From Myxococcota bacterium (lineage in GTDB: Bacteria > Myxococcota_A > UBA9160 > JAFDDA01): a stretch of DNA of 64,000 nt. The stretch covers positions 2,816,001-2,880,000 of the forward strand of contig OZ245817.1 in assembly GCA_965228475.1 (NCBI GenBank), read 5' to 3'. The number at the start of each line of letters is the position of its first letter. Within the stretch, counting starts at the first letter, position 1. Positions 1 to 8,441 of the stretch are shown piece after piece. The notes beneath the pieces are model-generated. The model was not told where the DNA came from. It was given only the letters and a program-made list of their open reading frames with translations, and did no database searches. A program made the translations under genes and the position numbers.

Positions 1-213
1 GTCCAGATCATCGTGACCAACCTGGACGCCGTGGAGGACCTCTCCCACGGCATGTGCGTCTCGAAGCACGACGTGAACTTCCTGATCAACCCTCGGGACA
101 CGAGGAGCATGACCTTCACCGCAGGGGCGCCCGGCGTCTACTGGTACTACTGCCCCTGGTTCTGCCACGCGCTGCATCTCGAGATGCGGGGGCGGATGAT
201 CGTCGAGGCGTAG
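1..213 (+). CDS. nosZ: Nitrous-oxide reductase, C-terminal CuA domain (5' truncated by window edge)
   Basis: DLSHG...[26 protein letters not shown]uA motif; followed by nosR/D/F/Y/L. Confidence 0.95.
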   Translation, partial: VQIIVTNLDAVEDLSHGMCVSKHDVNFLINPRDTRSMTFTAGAPGVYWYYCPWFCHALHLEMRGRMIVEA

Positions 214-215
214 CC

Positions 216-2309
216 CTGCGGAACCGCCCCTTCTGGCGCGCATGCTTGCTGTGGGTCGGGGCGGCCTGGGTCGTCGCCTCCGGGAGCCCGGCGCGGGCGA
301 GCGGCGAAGCCCCGAGCGAGCTCGACTGCGCGGCCCTGCCCTGCGCCGAGGTCCTGTCCGGCGCGGTCTCCTTCGAGCCCGCGGAGGGTGCGAAGCACTG
401 GGTCGGGCATGACGCCGCCGGAGAACTCTCCGGCTGGGTCGCGCTCTCGACGGACTTCGTCGACATCAAGGCGTACTCGGGGAAGCCGCTCGTCACGCTG
501 GTGGGCCTCGACCCGGGCGGCGTCATCACCGGGGCGCGGGTGGTCCATCACAGCGAGCCGATCCTACTGATCGGCATCCCGGAGTCCGCACTCACGGACT
601 TCGTCGGACACTACGCCGGCAAGCGCGCGACCCAGCGGATCGTCGTCGGGCGCTCGGACGACCCCGATACGATCGCGGTCGACGCCATCTCCGGCGCGAC
701 CGTCACCGTCCTCGCCCAGAACCACACGATCCTCGAGGTCGCGCGCAAGCTCGCGGTGAACCTCGGCGTGATCGACGCCGCCTCGATCCGGCCGGGCCGC
801 TTCCTCGCGGAAGAGGAGCCCTGGACCTTCGAGCAGATGATCGACGAGGGCGCCTTCGGCCGCCTGACCGTGACCGAAGCCGAGATGGGCGTCTCCGATT
901 CGAAGGCCCCCTTCATCGACCTCTACTTCGCGATCGCCGACGCACCCCACATCGGCCGCGCGCTCATCCGCGAAGGCGACTACCGCCACTACATGAGCCG
1001 GCTCGAACCCGGCGAACACCTCGTCGTGGTCCTCGGCCGGGGCAGTGGCTCCTTCAAGGGTTCGGGCTTCGTGCGCGGCGGCGTCTTCGACCGCGTCCGC
1101 CTCGAGCAGGGCCTGCGCGAGATCTCCTTCCGCGACACCGACTACTACAACCTCTCGGGCACGCCCCTCGAAGGCGCTCCCGCCTTCGACGAGGGCGCGG
1201 TCTTCATCGCCCGCCGGGGCCTGCTCGACCCCGGAGACCGCTACGACCTCGTCTTCCTCGGCAGCCGCTACGACCGTAAGAGCGCCTTCAGCCGCGACTT
1301 CCGCGAGTTCCGCGCCTCGCACCGCCTGCCCCGCAGCGTCTACCAACTCGAGGGCGCCGCGGACCTCGCGCCCTGGCAGCAGGCCTGGGTGAACCGGCGC
1401 GCGGACGCCGTCGTCCTCACGATCTTCCTGCTTGGCGTGATCGGCGTCTTCGTCGCCCGCCGCACCACGACGGGAGCGCCCGGACGCATCGAACGCATCC
1501 ACGTCGCGGCCCTCGTGGTGAGCTTCTTGCTCGTCGGCGTGTACATGGGCGCGCAGCCCTCGGTGACCCAGATCCTGACGCTGCTCGGCTCGGCCGCCGG
1601 CGAGTGGCGGTGGGAACTCTTCCTGAGCGAGCCCCTCATCTTCATCTCCTGGATCTTCATCGCCGTCGTGTCCGTCATCTGGGGACGCGGCGTGTTCTGC
1701 GGCTGGGTCTGTCCCTACGGCGCGATGACCGAGCTGCTCTTCAAGGCGTCCCAGAAGCTCGGACTGCGGAGCTACGAACTCCCCGACCGCATCCACCTGA
1801 AGCTCCGCCACCTCCGCTACGCCGTCCTGCTGATCCTCGTCGTGGCCTTCTTCGTCGACAGCGTGCTCGGGGAACGGATGGCCGAGGTCGAGCCGTTCAA
1901 GTCGACCTTCCTCGTGCCCGCGTGGGAGCGAAGCTGGCCCTTCCTCGCCTGGTGGCTGGCCCTGCTCGCGCTCTCGACCTTCATGTACAGGCCCTTCTGC
2001 CGCTACGTCTGCCCGCTGGGCGGGGGTCTCGCCCTGTTCGGGAGCTTCCGCTTCTCGGGCCCGCGGCGGCGGCGCTTCTGCACGAGCTGCAAGATCTGCA
2101 CGCGTGGATGCGAGCCGCGGGCCATCCGGCCCGATGGCACCATCGACTCTCGCGAGTGTCTCTCCTGCATGGAGTGCGAAGCCAACTACCGCGACGCCGC
2201 GGTCTGCCCTCCGCTCGTCGGCGTGAAGCGCCTCGAGGTCGGGGACTTCATCGCCGAGGCGAAGCGCGAGAAGCTGGCGAAGCTCAAGCGCGATCTGGAG
2301 CGAGTTTGA
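216..2309 (+). CDS. nosR: NosR/NirI-family FMN-binding, FeS membrane protein (start uncertain; CTG at 216 proposed)
   Basis: Flavinylation motif DAISGATVT; FCGWVCPYG and FCRYVCPLG motifs; C-terminal CTSCKICTRGC / CLSCMEC; TM helices. Confidence 0.92.
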   Translation: MRNRPFWRACLLWVGAAWVVASGSPARASGEAPSELDCAALPCAEVLSGAVSFEPAEGAKHWVGHDAAGELSGWVALSTDFVDIKAYSGKPLVTLVGLDPGGVITGARVVHHSEPILLIGIPESALTDFVGHYAGKRATQRIVVGRSDDPDTIAVDAISGATVTVLAQNHTILEVARKLAVNLGVIDAASIRPGRFLAEEEPWTFEQMIDEGAFGRLTVTEAEMGVSDSKAPFIDLYFAIADAPHIGRALIREGDYRHYMSRLEPGEHLVVVLGRGSGSFKGSGFVRGGVFDRVRLEQGLREISFRDTDYYNLSGTPLEGAPAFDEGAVFIARRGLLDPGDRYDLVFLGSRYDRKSAFSRDFREFRASHRLPRSVYQLEGAADLAPWQQAWVNRRADAVVLTIFLLGVIGVFVARRTTTGAPGRIERIHVAALVVSFLLVGVYMGAQPSVTQILTLLGSAAGEWRWELFLSEPLIFISWIFIAVVSVIWGRGVFCGWVCPYGAMTELLFKASQKLGLRSYELPDRIHLKLRHLRYAVLLILVVAFFVDSVLGERMAEVEPFKSTFLVPAWERSWPFLAWWLALLALSTFMYRPFCRYVCPLGGGLALFGSFRFSGPRRRRFCTSCKICTRGCEPRAIRPDGTIDSRECLSCMECEANYRDAAVCPPLVGVKRLEVGDFIAEAKREKLAKLKRDLERV

Positions 2310-3580
2310 GCCGGGCGAACGCGAGCCGCGCGGTCGCGGCCGCATTGGCCTTCCTGGCCGCCGCGGTCCATCCCGCAGCCTCCGCGGAGGTGATCCGCGT
2401 CGGGGAACACGCCCCGACGCCCCAGGCCGCCCTGGCCGCGGCCCGGGAGGGCGACGTGGTCGAGCTGCCCTCGGGCCGATGGCCCGGACCTCTCCGGCTC
2501 GACCGACCCGTCACGCTCCGCGGAGCCGGTGGGATCCTCGACGGCGGCGGGGTCGGAACGGTGCTCACGATCGACGCCCCCGGAGCCGTGGTCGAGAACC
2601 TGGCGCTCGCGAACGGCGGGGCCGACGTCGGCGCCCCGGACGCCTGCATCTTCATCACGCCGCGCGCGCAGGGCGCGGTGGTGCGCGGCAACACGATGCG
2701 GGGCTGCGCGTTCGGTGTCTGGGTCCATGAGACCCACGGCGTCGAGATCCTCGACAACCGCATCGACGGCCGAACCGACCTGCGCGTCGCGGACCGCGGA
2801 AACGGGATTCACCTCTTCGATGCGAGCGAGCTGGTCGTGCGCGGAAACGTCGTGCGCCAGGCACGGGATGGAATCTACGTCTCCGCCACCGAAGACAGCC
2901 TGATCGAGGGCAACCGGACCGAGAACCAGCGCTTCGGCATTCACTACATGTACTCGTACCGCAACACCCTGCGCGGGAACGCCAGCCACGACAACGTCGT
3001 GGGCATGGCCCTCATGGAGAGCCTCCACCTCGTGGTCGAGGACAACGAGGCCTTCCGCAACGAGCGCAACGGCATCCTCTTCCGCGACGTCCAGTTCTCG
3101 ACGATCCACCGCAATCGGCTCGAAGGAAACGGCTACGGCATGTTCTTCTTCTCGAGCACGGAGAACTCGATCGTCGGCAACCGCATCGCGGGCAACGACG
3201 TCGGGCTGAAGATCTGGGCGGGCACCCGGCGCAACGTCATGGAGGAAAACCAGATCGTCGGCAACCGCCAGCAGATCTTCTACGTGGGCGCGGAGGATCA
3301 GATCTGGGGTACCGAGGGCCGCGGCAACCATTGGGGCGACTACATCGGCTGGGATCAGGACGGGGACGGCATCGGCGACCGTCCGCACCGCGTCGACAGC
3401 TTCAAGGCACGGCTCACGTATCAGTATCCCGCCGCGATCCTGCTCCTGCACAGCCCCGCGCTCGAGATGCTCTCGCACCTTTCCGACTCGCTCCCGCTCC
3501 TGCAGACTCCGACCGTGGTCGATCGCTCTCCGCTGCTCGACGAGGCGGCCTCGCCGGCGCTCGATGAGGCCTCGCCATAG
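2306..3580 (+). CDS. nosD: N2O reductase maturation protein NosD (beta-helix)
   Basis: DRGNGIHLF, RDGIY, RFGIHYMYS, GNHWGDYIGWD-DGDGIGD motifs; TTG start overlaps the nosR TGA, GGAG upstream. Confidence 0.93.
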   Translation: MSRANASRAVAAALAFLAAAVHPAASAEVIRVGEHAPTPQAALAAAREGDVVELPSGRWPGPLRLDRPVTLRGAGGILDGGGVGTVLTIDAPGAVVENLALANGGADVGAPDACIFITPRAQGAVVRGNTMRGCAFGVWVHETHGVEILDNRIDGRTDLRVADRGNGIHLFDASELVVRGNVVRQARDGIYVSATEDSLIEGNRTENQRFGIHYMYSYRNTLRGNASHDNVVGMALMESLHLVVEDNEAFRNERNGILFRDVQFSTIHRNRLEGNGYGMFFFSSTENSIVGNRIAGNDVGLKIWAGTRRNVMEENQIVGNRQQIFYVGAEDQIWGTEGRGNHWGDYIGWDQDGDGIGDRPHRVDSFKARLTYQYPAAILLLHSPALEMLSHLSDSLPLLQTPTVVDRSPLLDEAASPALDEASP

Positions 3581-4485
3581 ACGCCTTCACCGCATCCGGG
3601 GTCCGGGTGCGCCTGGGCCGCGTCCAGGCGCTCGACGGCGTCGACGTCACCCTCGCCGGCGGGCGGGTGACCATGCTCGCGGGCCCGAACGGCGCCGGGA
3701 AGACGACGCTCATGAAGGTCGTCCTCGGGCTCGTGCGAGCCGACGCGGCGTCCTTCGCCGTGGACGGCGCGCCGATCGCCATCGACAGGGCCTGGAAACG
3801 GCGGGTCGGCTACCTGCCCGAGGCCGTCGCCTTCTCGGACAACCTGAGCGGCCAGCAGGTGCTCGGCTTCTTCGCTCGCGCGCGCGGCGTCGCGGGCCAA
3901 CGCGTCGACGCGGTCCTCGAGCAGGTCGGGCTCGCCCACGCGCGCCGGCGTGCCGTGCGCGGCTACTCACGCGGCATGCGCCAGCGGCTCGGCCTCGGCG
4001 TCGCGATCCTCGCGAGCCCCGAGTTCCTGATCCTCGACGAACCGACCGCGGGCCTCGATCAGGAAGGCCTCTCGGTGCTCTGGGCCGTTCTCGACGAGTG
4101 GCGGGCCGCGGGGAGGCTGGTCTTCGTCTCGACCCACGACCTCGCACTCACCGAAGGCCGCGTCGACGAGATCTGCCTGCTGCGCGCGGGACGCGTCCTC
4201 CTCCAGGGGAGCGCGGAGCGTCTGCGCCGCGAAGCCGACCTGCCCCACCGCGTCTGGTTCGAACTCGACGCGGCCGAGGGGCGGCGCTTCGAGGAAGCCG
4301 TCGCGAGCTGGGGCCGGGGTGGCGTCGAGCGCGACGGGCATCAGCTACGCGTCGACGTCGCACCCGGCCACCTGCTCGAGCTGATGCGGATCCAGGGAGA
4401 GTTCCCGGAGGCGATCCGCAGCCTGCGGGTCGAGGAAGCCGCCTTCGACCGCGTCTACGAGACGCTCCTGGCGGCCGGATCGTGA
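3577..4485 (+). CDS. nosF: ABC transporter ATPase NosF (ATA start at 3577 proposed; first canonical start is GTG 3607)
   Basis: Walker A GPNGAGKTT, signature YSRGMRQR, Walker B LILDEP; lies between nosD and nosY. Confidence 0.9.
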   Translation: MDAFTASGVRVRLGRVQALDGVDVTLAGGRVTMLAGPNGAGKTTLMKVVLGLVRADAASFAVDGAPIAIDRAWKRRVGYLPEAVAFSDNLSGQQVLGFFARARGVAGQRVDAVLEQVGLAHARRRAVRGYSRGMRQRLGLGVAILASPEFLILDEPTAGLDQEGLSVLWAVLDEWRAAGRLVFVSTHDLALTEGRVDEICLLRAGRVLLQGSAERLRREADLPHRVWFELDAAEGRRFEEAVASWGRGGVERDGHQLRVDVAPGHLLELMRIQGEFPEAIRSLRVEEAAFDRVYETLLAAGS

Positions 4486-5276
4486 GCCGCGTCGGCTACG
4501 CCCTCGCCCGCCACGAACTCTCGGAGCGCATTCGGGACCGCTGGGTGCTCGTCGTGAGCGTGCTCTTCGCCCTGCTCGCCTCGGGCGTGAGCCTCTACGG
4601 CCGCGTCGCCGAGGCCGACCTCGACGCCATGACCGGCCCGAGCCTGGTCACGCTCTCGGCACTCCTGGTCCCGCTCGTCGCCATGGTGCTCAGCCACGAC
4701 GCGATCGTGGGAGAGCGGGACCGCAACACGCTCGGTCTCCTGCTCTCGCTCCCGGTGAGCCCGCTCGAAGTGGTCGCCGCCAAGTACGTCGGCCGAGCGC
4801 TCGCCCTCACCCTGGCCGTCGTCTTCGGCCTCGGGGCGGCCATGCTCGCCAGCGGTCCGGCGGGCGCGCGCACCCTCCTCGCCCTGGCGGGGCCGACCCT
4901 CCTGCTCGGCCTGGCCTTCCTCTCGCTCGGCCTGCTCATCTCGGCGTGCACGCGCCGCCAGGTCGCCGCCGCGAGCGCCGTGGTGGTGGTCTGGTTCCTC
5001 CTCGTCTTCTTCTACGACCTCGCCCTGCTCGGCGTGCTCGTCGTCTCCGACGGCGCCGTCTCCCAGCAGGCGGTTTCGTCGCTCGTCCTCGCCAACCCGG
5101 CCGGGCTCTTCCGGCTGCAGATGATGCACGCCTTCGCGGGGCCCGAGATGCTCCGCACCCTCGGCATGAGCGTCGCGATGCCGGAACCCGGAACCCTCTG
5201 GCTACTCTGGGCGGCATGGCTCGTGCTGCCCGTCGCGGTCAGCGGAATCCTCCTCACTCGAGCGAAGGTGACCTGA
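4482..5276 (+). CDS. nosY: ABC permease NosY
   Basis: HDAIVGERDRNTLGLLLSLP, FFYDLALLG, LANPAGLFR; multiple TM; GTGA overlap with nosF. Confidence 0.9.
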   Translation: MSRVGYALARHELSERIRDRWVLVVSVLFALLASGVSLYGRVAEADLDAMTGPSLVTLSALLVPLVAMVLSHDAIVGERDRNTLGLLLSLPVSPLEVVAAKYVGRALALTLAVVFGLGAAMLASGPAGARTLLALAGPTLLLGLAFLSLGLLISACTRRQVAAASAVVVVWFLLVFFYDLALLGVLVVSDGAVSQQAVSSLVLANPAGLFRLQMMHAFAGPEMLRTLGMSVAMPEPGTLWLLWAAWLVLPVAVSGILLTRAKVT

Positions 5277-5818
5277 TGCCCCGAACTCCGACTCGCCTGA
5301 CCCTTGCCATGACCGCGGCCGTCGCCGCGGCGCTGGCCGTCGCCTGCACCGCCGAGGACGCCTCGGAGCCCGCCGCGCCGCTCACGACCGTCGCCATCGA
5401 CGACCAGGCGGGCGCCGTCTGCGGCATGATCGTCCGGGATCAATCGGCCCCCCGGGCCCAGGTCGTGCACCGGGACGGCGAGCGCGCCTTCCTCTGCTCG
5501 ATCGGCGACCTGCTCGTCCACGTCCTGGCACCTTCCCCCCACGGCAAGGCGGAAGCGATCTGGGTCGAGGTGCTGACGCCCGAGCAGGATCCGGCCGAGA
5601 GCCACACGGGCCCCCACGAGTGGGTGCGGGCCGAGGACGCCGTCTACGTCGTCGGGATCGAGCGGCGCGGCATCATGGGCCCGCCGGTCCTGGTCTACCG
5701 GACGCGAGAAGACGCGGAGCGGGTCACCGCCGGGACGGCGGGCCGGGTTCTCGACTTCGAGGGCCTGAAAGGTTGGTGGCAGGAACGCGGGAGCGAAACG
5801 CCGGGCCACCAGCACTAG
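5276..5818 (+). CDS. nosL: NosL copper-chaperone lipoprotein
   Basis: Lipobox LAVAC; VCGM..D..PRAQ, FLCSIGDL, W..AEDAVYV, GIMG motifs. Confidence 0.85.
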   Translation: MPRTPTRLTLAMTAAVAAALAVACTAEDASEPAAPLTTVAIDDQAGAVCGMIVRDQSAPRAQVVHRDGERAFLCSIGDLLVHVLAPSPHGKAEAIWVEVLTPEQDPAESHTGPHEWVRAEDAVYVVGIERRGIMGPPVLVYRTREDAERVTAGTAGRVLDFEGLKGWWQERGSETPGHQH

Positions 5819-5844
5819 CCAAGAAGGACTGTACAGTCCCGCCC

Positions 5845-7065
5845 ATGTCGAAGACGGTCGTGGTGGGGGGCGGTGCGGCCGGGCTGATGGCGGCGATCTT
5901 CGCCGGGCGCGGCGGTGCATCGGTGACCGTGCTCGAGGGCGCACGCGCCTGCGGCCTCAAGATCCTCGTGAGCGGCGGCGGACGCTGCAACGTCCTCCCC
6001 ATCGAGTCCGATCTCGGCGACTTCTACACCTCGGGCTCGCGCAACGTGCTCGCCCGGCTCTTCCGCACCTGGGGCCTCGCGGAGGTGACCGCTTTCTTCG
6101 AGCGCGAGCTCGGCATCCCGCTCCTCCGTGAAGAGGCGACGGGCAAGCTCTTTCCCGAGAGCGGCTCGGCGCGCACCGTTCGCGACCGCCTCGTGGAAGA
6201 GGCGCGCGCGGCCGGCGCCACGATCCACGTCGGCCACCGCGTCACGGGGATCGAGCCCGTCGACGACGGCTTCGTGGTGCACGGGATGCGGGAAGGCCGC
6301 AGCGTCGACGTCGCGGCCGAGCGCATCATCCTCGCCTCGGGCGGCCAGTCGCTCCCCAAGAGCGGCTCGGACGGCGCGGGCTACGGGTTCGCTCGGCGGC
6401 TCGGCCACGAGCTCGTCGAGCGCTATCCGGCGCTCGTCCCCCTCCACTCCCCCGACCCGGAGCTGCGCGAACTCTCCGGGCTCTCCGTGCCCGTCCGCTG
6501 GACGGCGCTCCGGGGCCAGAAGGCGATCGAGACCCGCACGCGTGAGTTCCTGTTCACCCACCGCGGCTACTCGGGCCCGGCCATCCTGGACGCCAGCCAC
6601 TGGGTGACGCGCGAGGGCGCGGGCCTGCGCGTCGCCTGGGACGGCCTCGACGAAGAGGCCTGGCGCCGGCACTTCGAGGCCGAATCCCGCAAGCGGATCG
6701 ACGTGCTGACGAGCGAGCGCCTCCCCCGTCGGCTCGCCGAACTCCTGCTCGCGCGCGCCGACGTTCTCGGCAAGACCCGGGCCCGCAGCCTGAACCCGAA
6801 GCAGCTGCGCCGCCTGCTGCGACTGCTCTCCGCCTTCGAGCTCCCCGTCGAGGGAGACGGCGGCTACGCCAAGGCCGAGGTCACCGGCGGTGGCGTCGCG
6901 CTTGGCGAGGTGAACCCCTCCACGCTCGAAAGCCGCCGAACCCCGGGCCTCTACCTCTGCGGCGAGATCTTCGACACGATCGGCCGCATGGGCGGGTTCA
7001 ACTTCCTCTGGGCCTGGATCACCGGGCGGCTGGCCGGGGAGAGCGCGGCCCGCCGCGGCCCCTGA
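5845..7065 (+). CDS. HI0933/BaiN-like NAD(P)/FAD-dependent flavoprotein
   Basis: GGGAAG, KILVSGGGRCN, LFTHRGYSGP, AEVTGGGV, GGFNFLWAW.TG. Confidence 0.9.
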   Translation: MSKTVVVGGGAAGLMAAIFAGRGGASVTVLEGARACGLKILVSGGGRCNVLPIESDLGDFYTSGSRNVLARLFRTWGLAEVTAFFERELGIPLLREEATGKLFPESGSARTVRDRLVEEARAAGATIHVGHRVTGIEPVDDGFVVHGMREGRSVDVAAERIILASGGQSLPKSGSDGAGYGFARRLGHELVERYPALVPLHSPDPELRELSGLSVPVRWTALRGQKAIETRTREFLFTHRGYSGPAILDASHWVTREGAGLRVAWDGLDEEAWRRHFEAESRKRIDVLTSERLPRRLAELLLARADVLGKTRARSLNPKQLRRLLRLLSAFELPVEGDGGYAKAEVTGGGVALGEVNPSTLESRRTPGLYLCGEIFDTIGRMGGFNFLWAWITGRLAGESAARRGP

Positions 7066-7098
7066 AAAAGGAAGAGGCCCGCCGGAGCGGGCCTCTTC
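7066..7098 (-). terminator. Rho-independent terminator (probably for the PEP-CTERM gene; possibly bidirectional)
   Basis: Perfect hairpin GAAGAGGCCCGC-CGGA-GCGGGCCTCTTC with an A run on its left (U tract on the minus strand), between convergent genes. Confidence 0.8.
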
Positions 7099-7122
7099 GG
7101 AGTCGAACTCGATGCGTCGGCG

Positions 7123-8037
7123 TCAGCCTTCGCGCCGGTTTCCCGCGATGCCGAGGCCGAGCAGGCTCAGGGCCAGCAGGACCGCCGTGCCGGGCTCCGG
7201 AACGGTGATGCTGAGGCTGAAGAGGCCGTTGTAGCCCTCGCTACCCGTCGCGGTCTCGTCGGCCGTGAAGCCGCCGCCCGCCACGTTGTTGAAGCCGAAC
7301 ACGGCCGCGGCCTCGTCGCCGCCGTTGGCCGAGCTGCAGATGAAGCCCGAGCAGTCGGCGTTCGAGAACGCGTCCAGCGTGAAGCTGATGACCATGTTGA
7401 TCGTGTCGTCACCGACGCCCGCGATCTGGTTCAGGTTCGAGTCGCTGAACACGGAGCTGCACCCGCCCTGGCCGCACGAGGTGCTGGCCGCGGTCGAGAG
7501 TGAGTAGTCGTTCCCGTCGAAGATCACGTTGACGTCGGTCATGCCGGCGTTCGACGCGTTCTGGGTGCCGACCTCGACCGAGGTGTCGTCCACGATCTTG
7601 ACGAAGCCCGAGGCGTTCTGGTCGATGTCGAGCGTCCAGCTGTCCAGCGGGTTGTCCACGTCCACCGTGAAGGTGAGCGAGTAGTTCACGTGGAGAGCCT
7701 GGTACTCGTTCGTGAAGTCCGTCAGCGCATCCGAGGCCGCCGCCGCATCGAGCGTGAAGCTCGTGTTCAGCGTACCGGCGCCGGTGTCCGACACGGTGCC
7801 ACCGGTGGTGATCCCGGTGACGTTCAAGTCGTTGACCAGCGCGTTGTCGAAGCAGGCGCTGTTGCCGGGGTTGTACGCGACGAGCCCGCCGCTGTTGTCG
7901 CCGTTCGAATTCTGGCATTGACTGTTGTTGGTTGCGACGTAAGAGAACGTCGCGGCACTCGCCTGTCCGGCGAAGAGCCCGAAGGCCGCCAGCACCGCCA
8001 GGTGCCGCGCGCCCATCCCGTAGCTGCAGTTGCGCAT
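7123..8037 (-). CDS. PEP-CTERM sorting domain protein (secreted; Asn/Ser/Thr/Cys-rich)
   Basis: Signal peptide ending AGQASA; C-terminus VPEPGTAVLLALSLLGLGIAGNRR; GGAAGGG upstream of ATG 8037. Confidence 0.9.
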   Translation of the reverse strand: MRNCSYGMGARHLAVLAAFGLFAGQASAATFSYVATNNSQCQNSNGDNSGGLVAYNPGNSACFDNALVNDLNVTGITTGGTVSDTGAGTLNTSFTLDAAAASDALTDFTNEYQALHVNYSLTFTVDVDNPLDSWTLDIDQNASGFVKIVDDTSVEVGTQNASNAGMTDVNVIFDGNDYSLSTAASTSCGQGGCSSVFSDSNLNQIAGVGDDTINMVISFTLDAFSNADCSGFICSSANGGDEAAAVFGFNNVAGGGFTADETATGSEGYNGLFSLSITVPEPGTAVLLALSLLGLGIAGNRREG

Positions 8038-8154
8038 CTTCCGATGATCCCTTCCCGGCCCGGGGCGGCGGTGAAGCCGAAGCCCGGGCACGTGTCTCGT
8101 TGACATGGGAACGCCTGCAACCCGCAACAGGAGCCCCTTCCCGACCGCGGGCTA

Positions 8155-8171
8155 GTGCACGGTCCGTGCCA
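8155..8171 (-). promoter_or_regulatory. sigma54 (-24/-12) promoter of the PEP-CTERM gene
   Basis: Minus strand TGGCAC-GGACC-GTGCA matches TGGCAC-N5-TTGCA; AT-rich tract and inverted repeat further upstream. Confidence 0.7.
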
Positions 8172-8441
8172 GGGCCTGAGATCTGAAATTCTGAATGAAT
8201 TCAGGCCATTGAGACCGGGTATCGGATTTTCGGAGGAAGAGGTTTTCTGAAATGGGAAAAAGAATTCCCACCTCTGGAACCACTCGTCCAACTCCTGGAC
8301 GTGTAGGCCATTCGACGCGCCGTCCTTCCGTGGCGGCACCGCTCACACCACCCGCGAACCTCGTTCCGGGACTCCGCATCCTTCGCGTGGGCGCCGTGGA
8401 CTCGGCACGGTCGGACTCCGATCCGCCGCTATGGTTGCCGC

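Noticed and set aside
3535..3576. Short duplication at the nosD 3' end (LDEAASPALDEASP)
   Set aside because: Small imperfect duplication in a variable tail; relevant only because it supplies the GAGG before nosF.
5845..7065. Flavoprotein after nosL as a NosX/ApbE substitute
   Set aside because: Motifs are HI0933/BaiN-type and cytoplasmic, with no signal peptide; a widespread housekeeping family, so adjacency is probably incidental.
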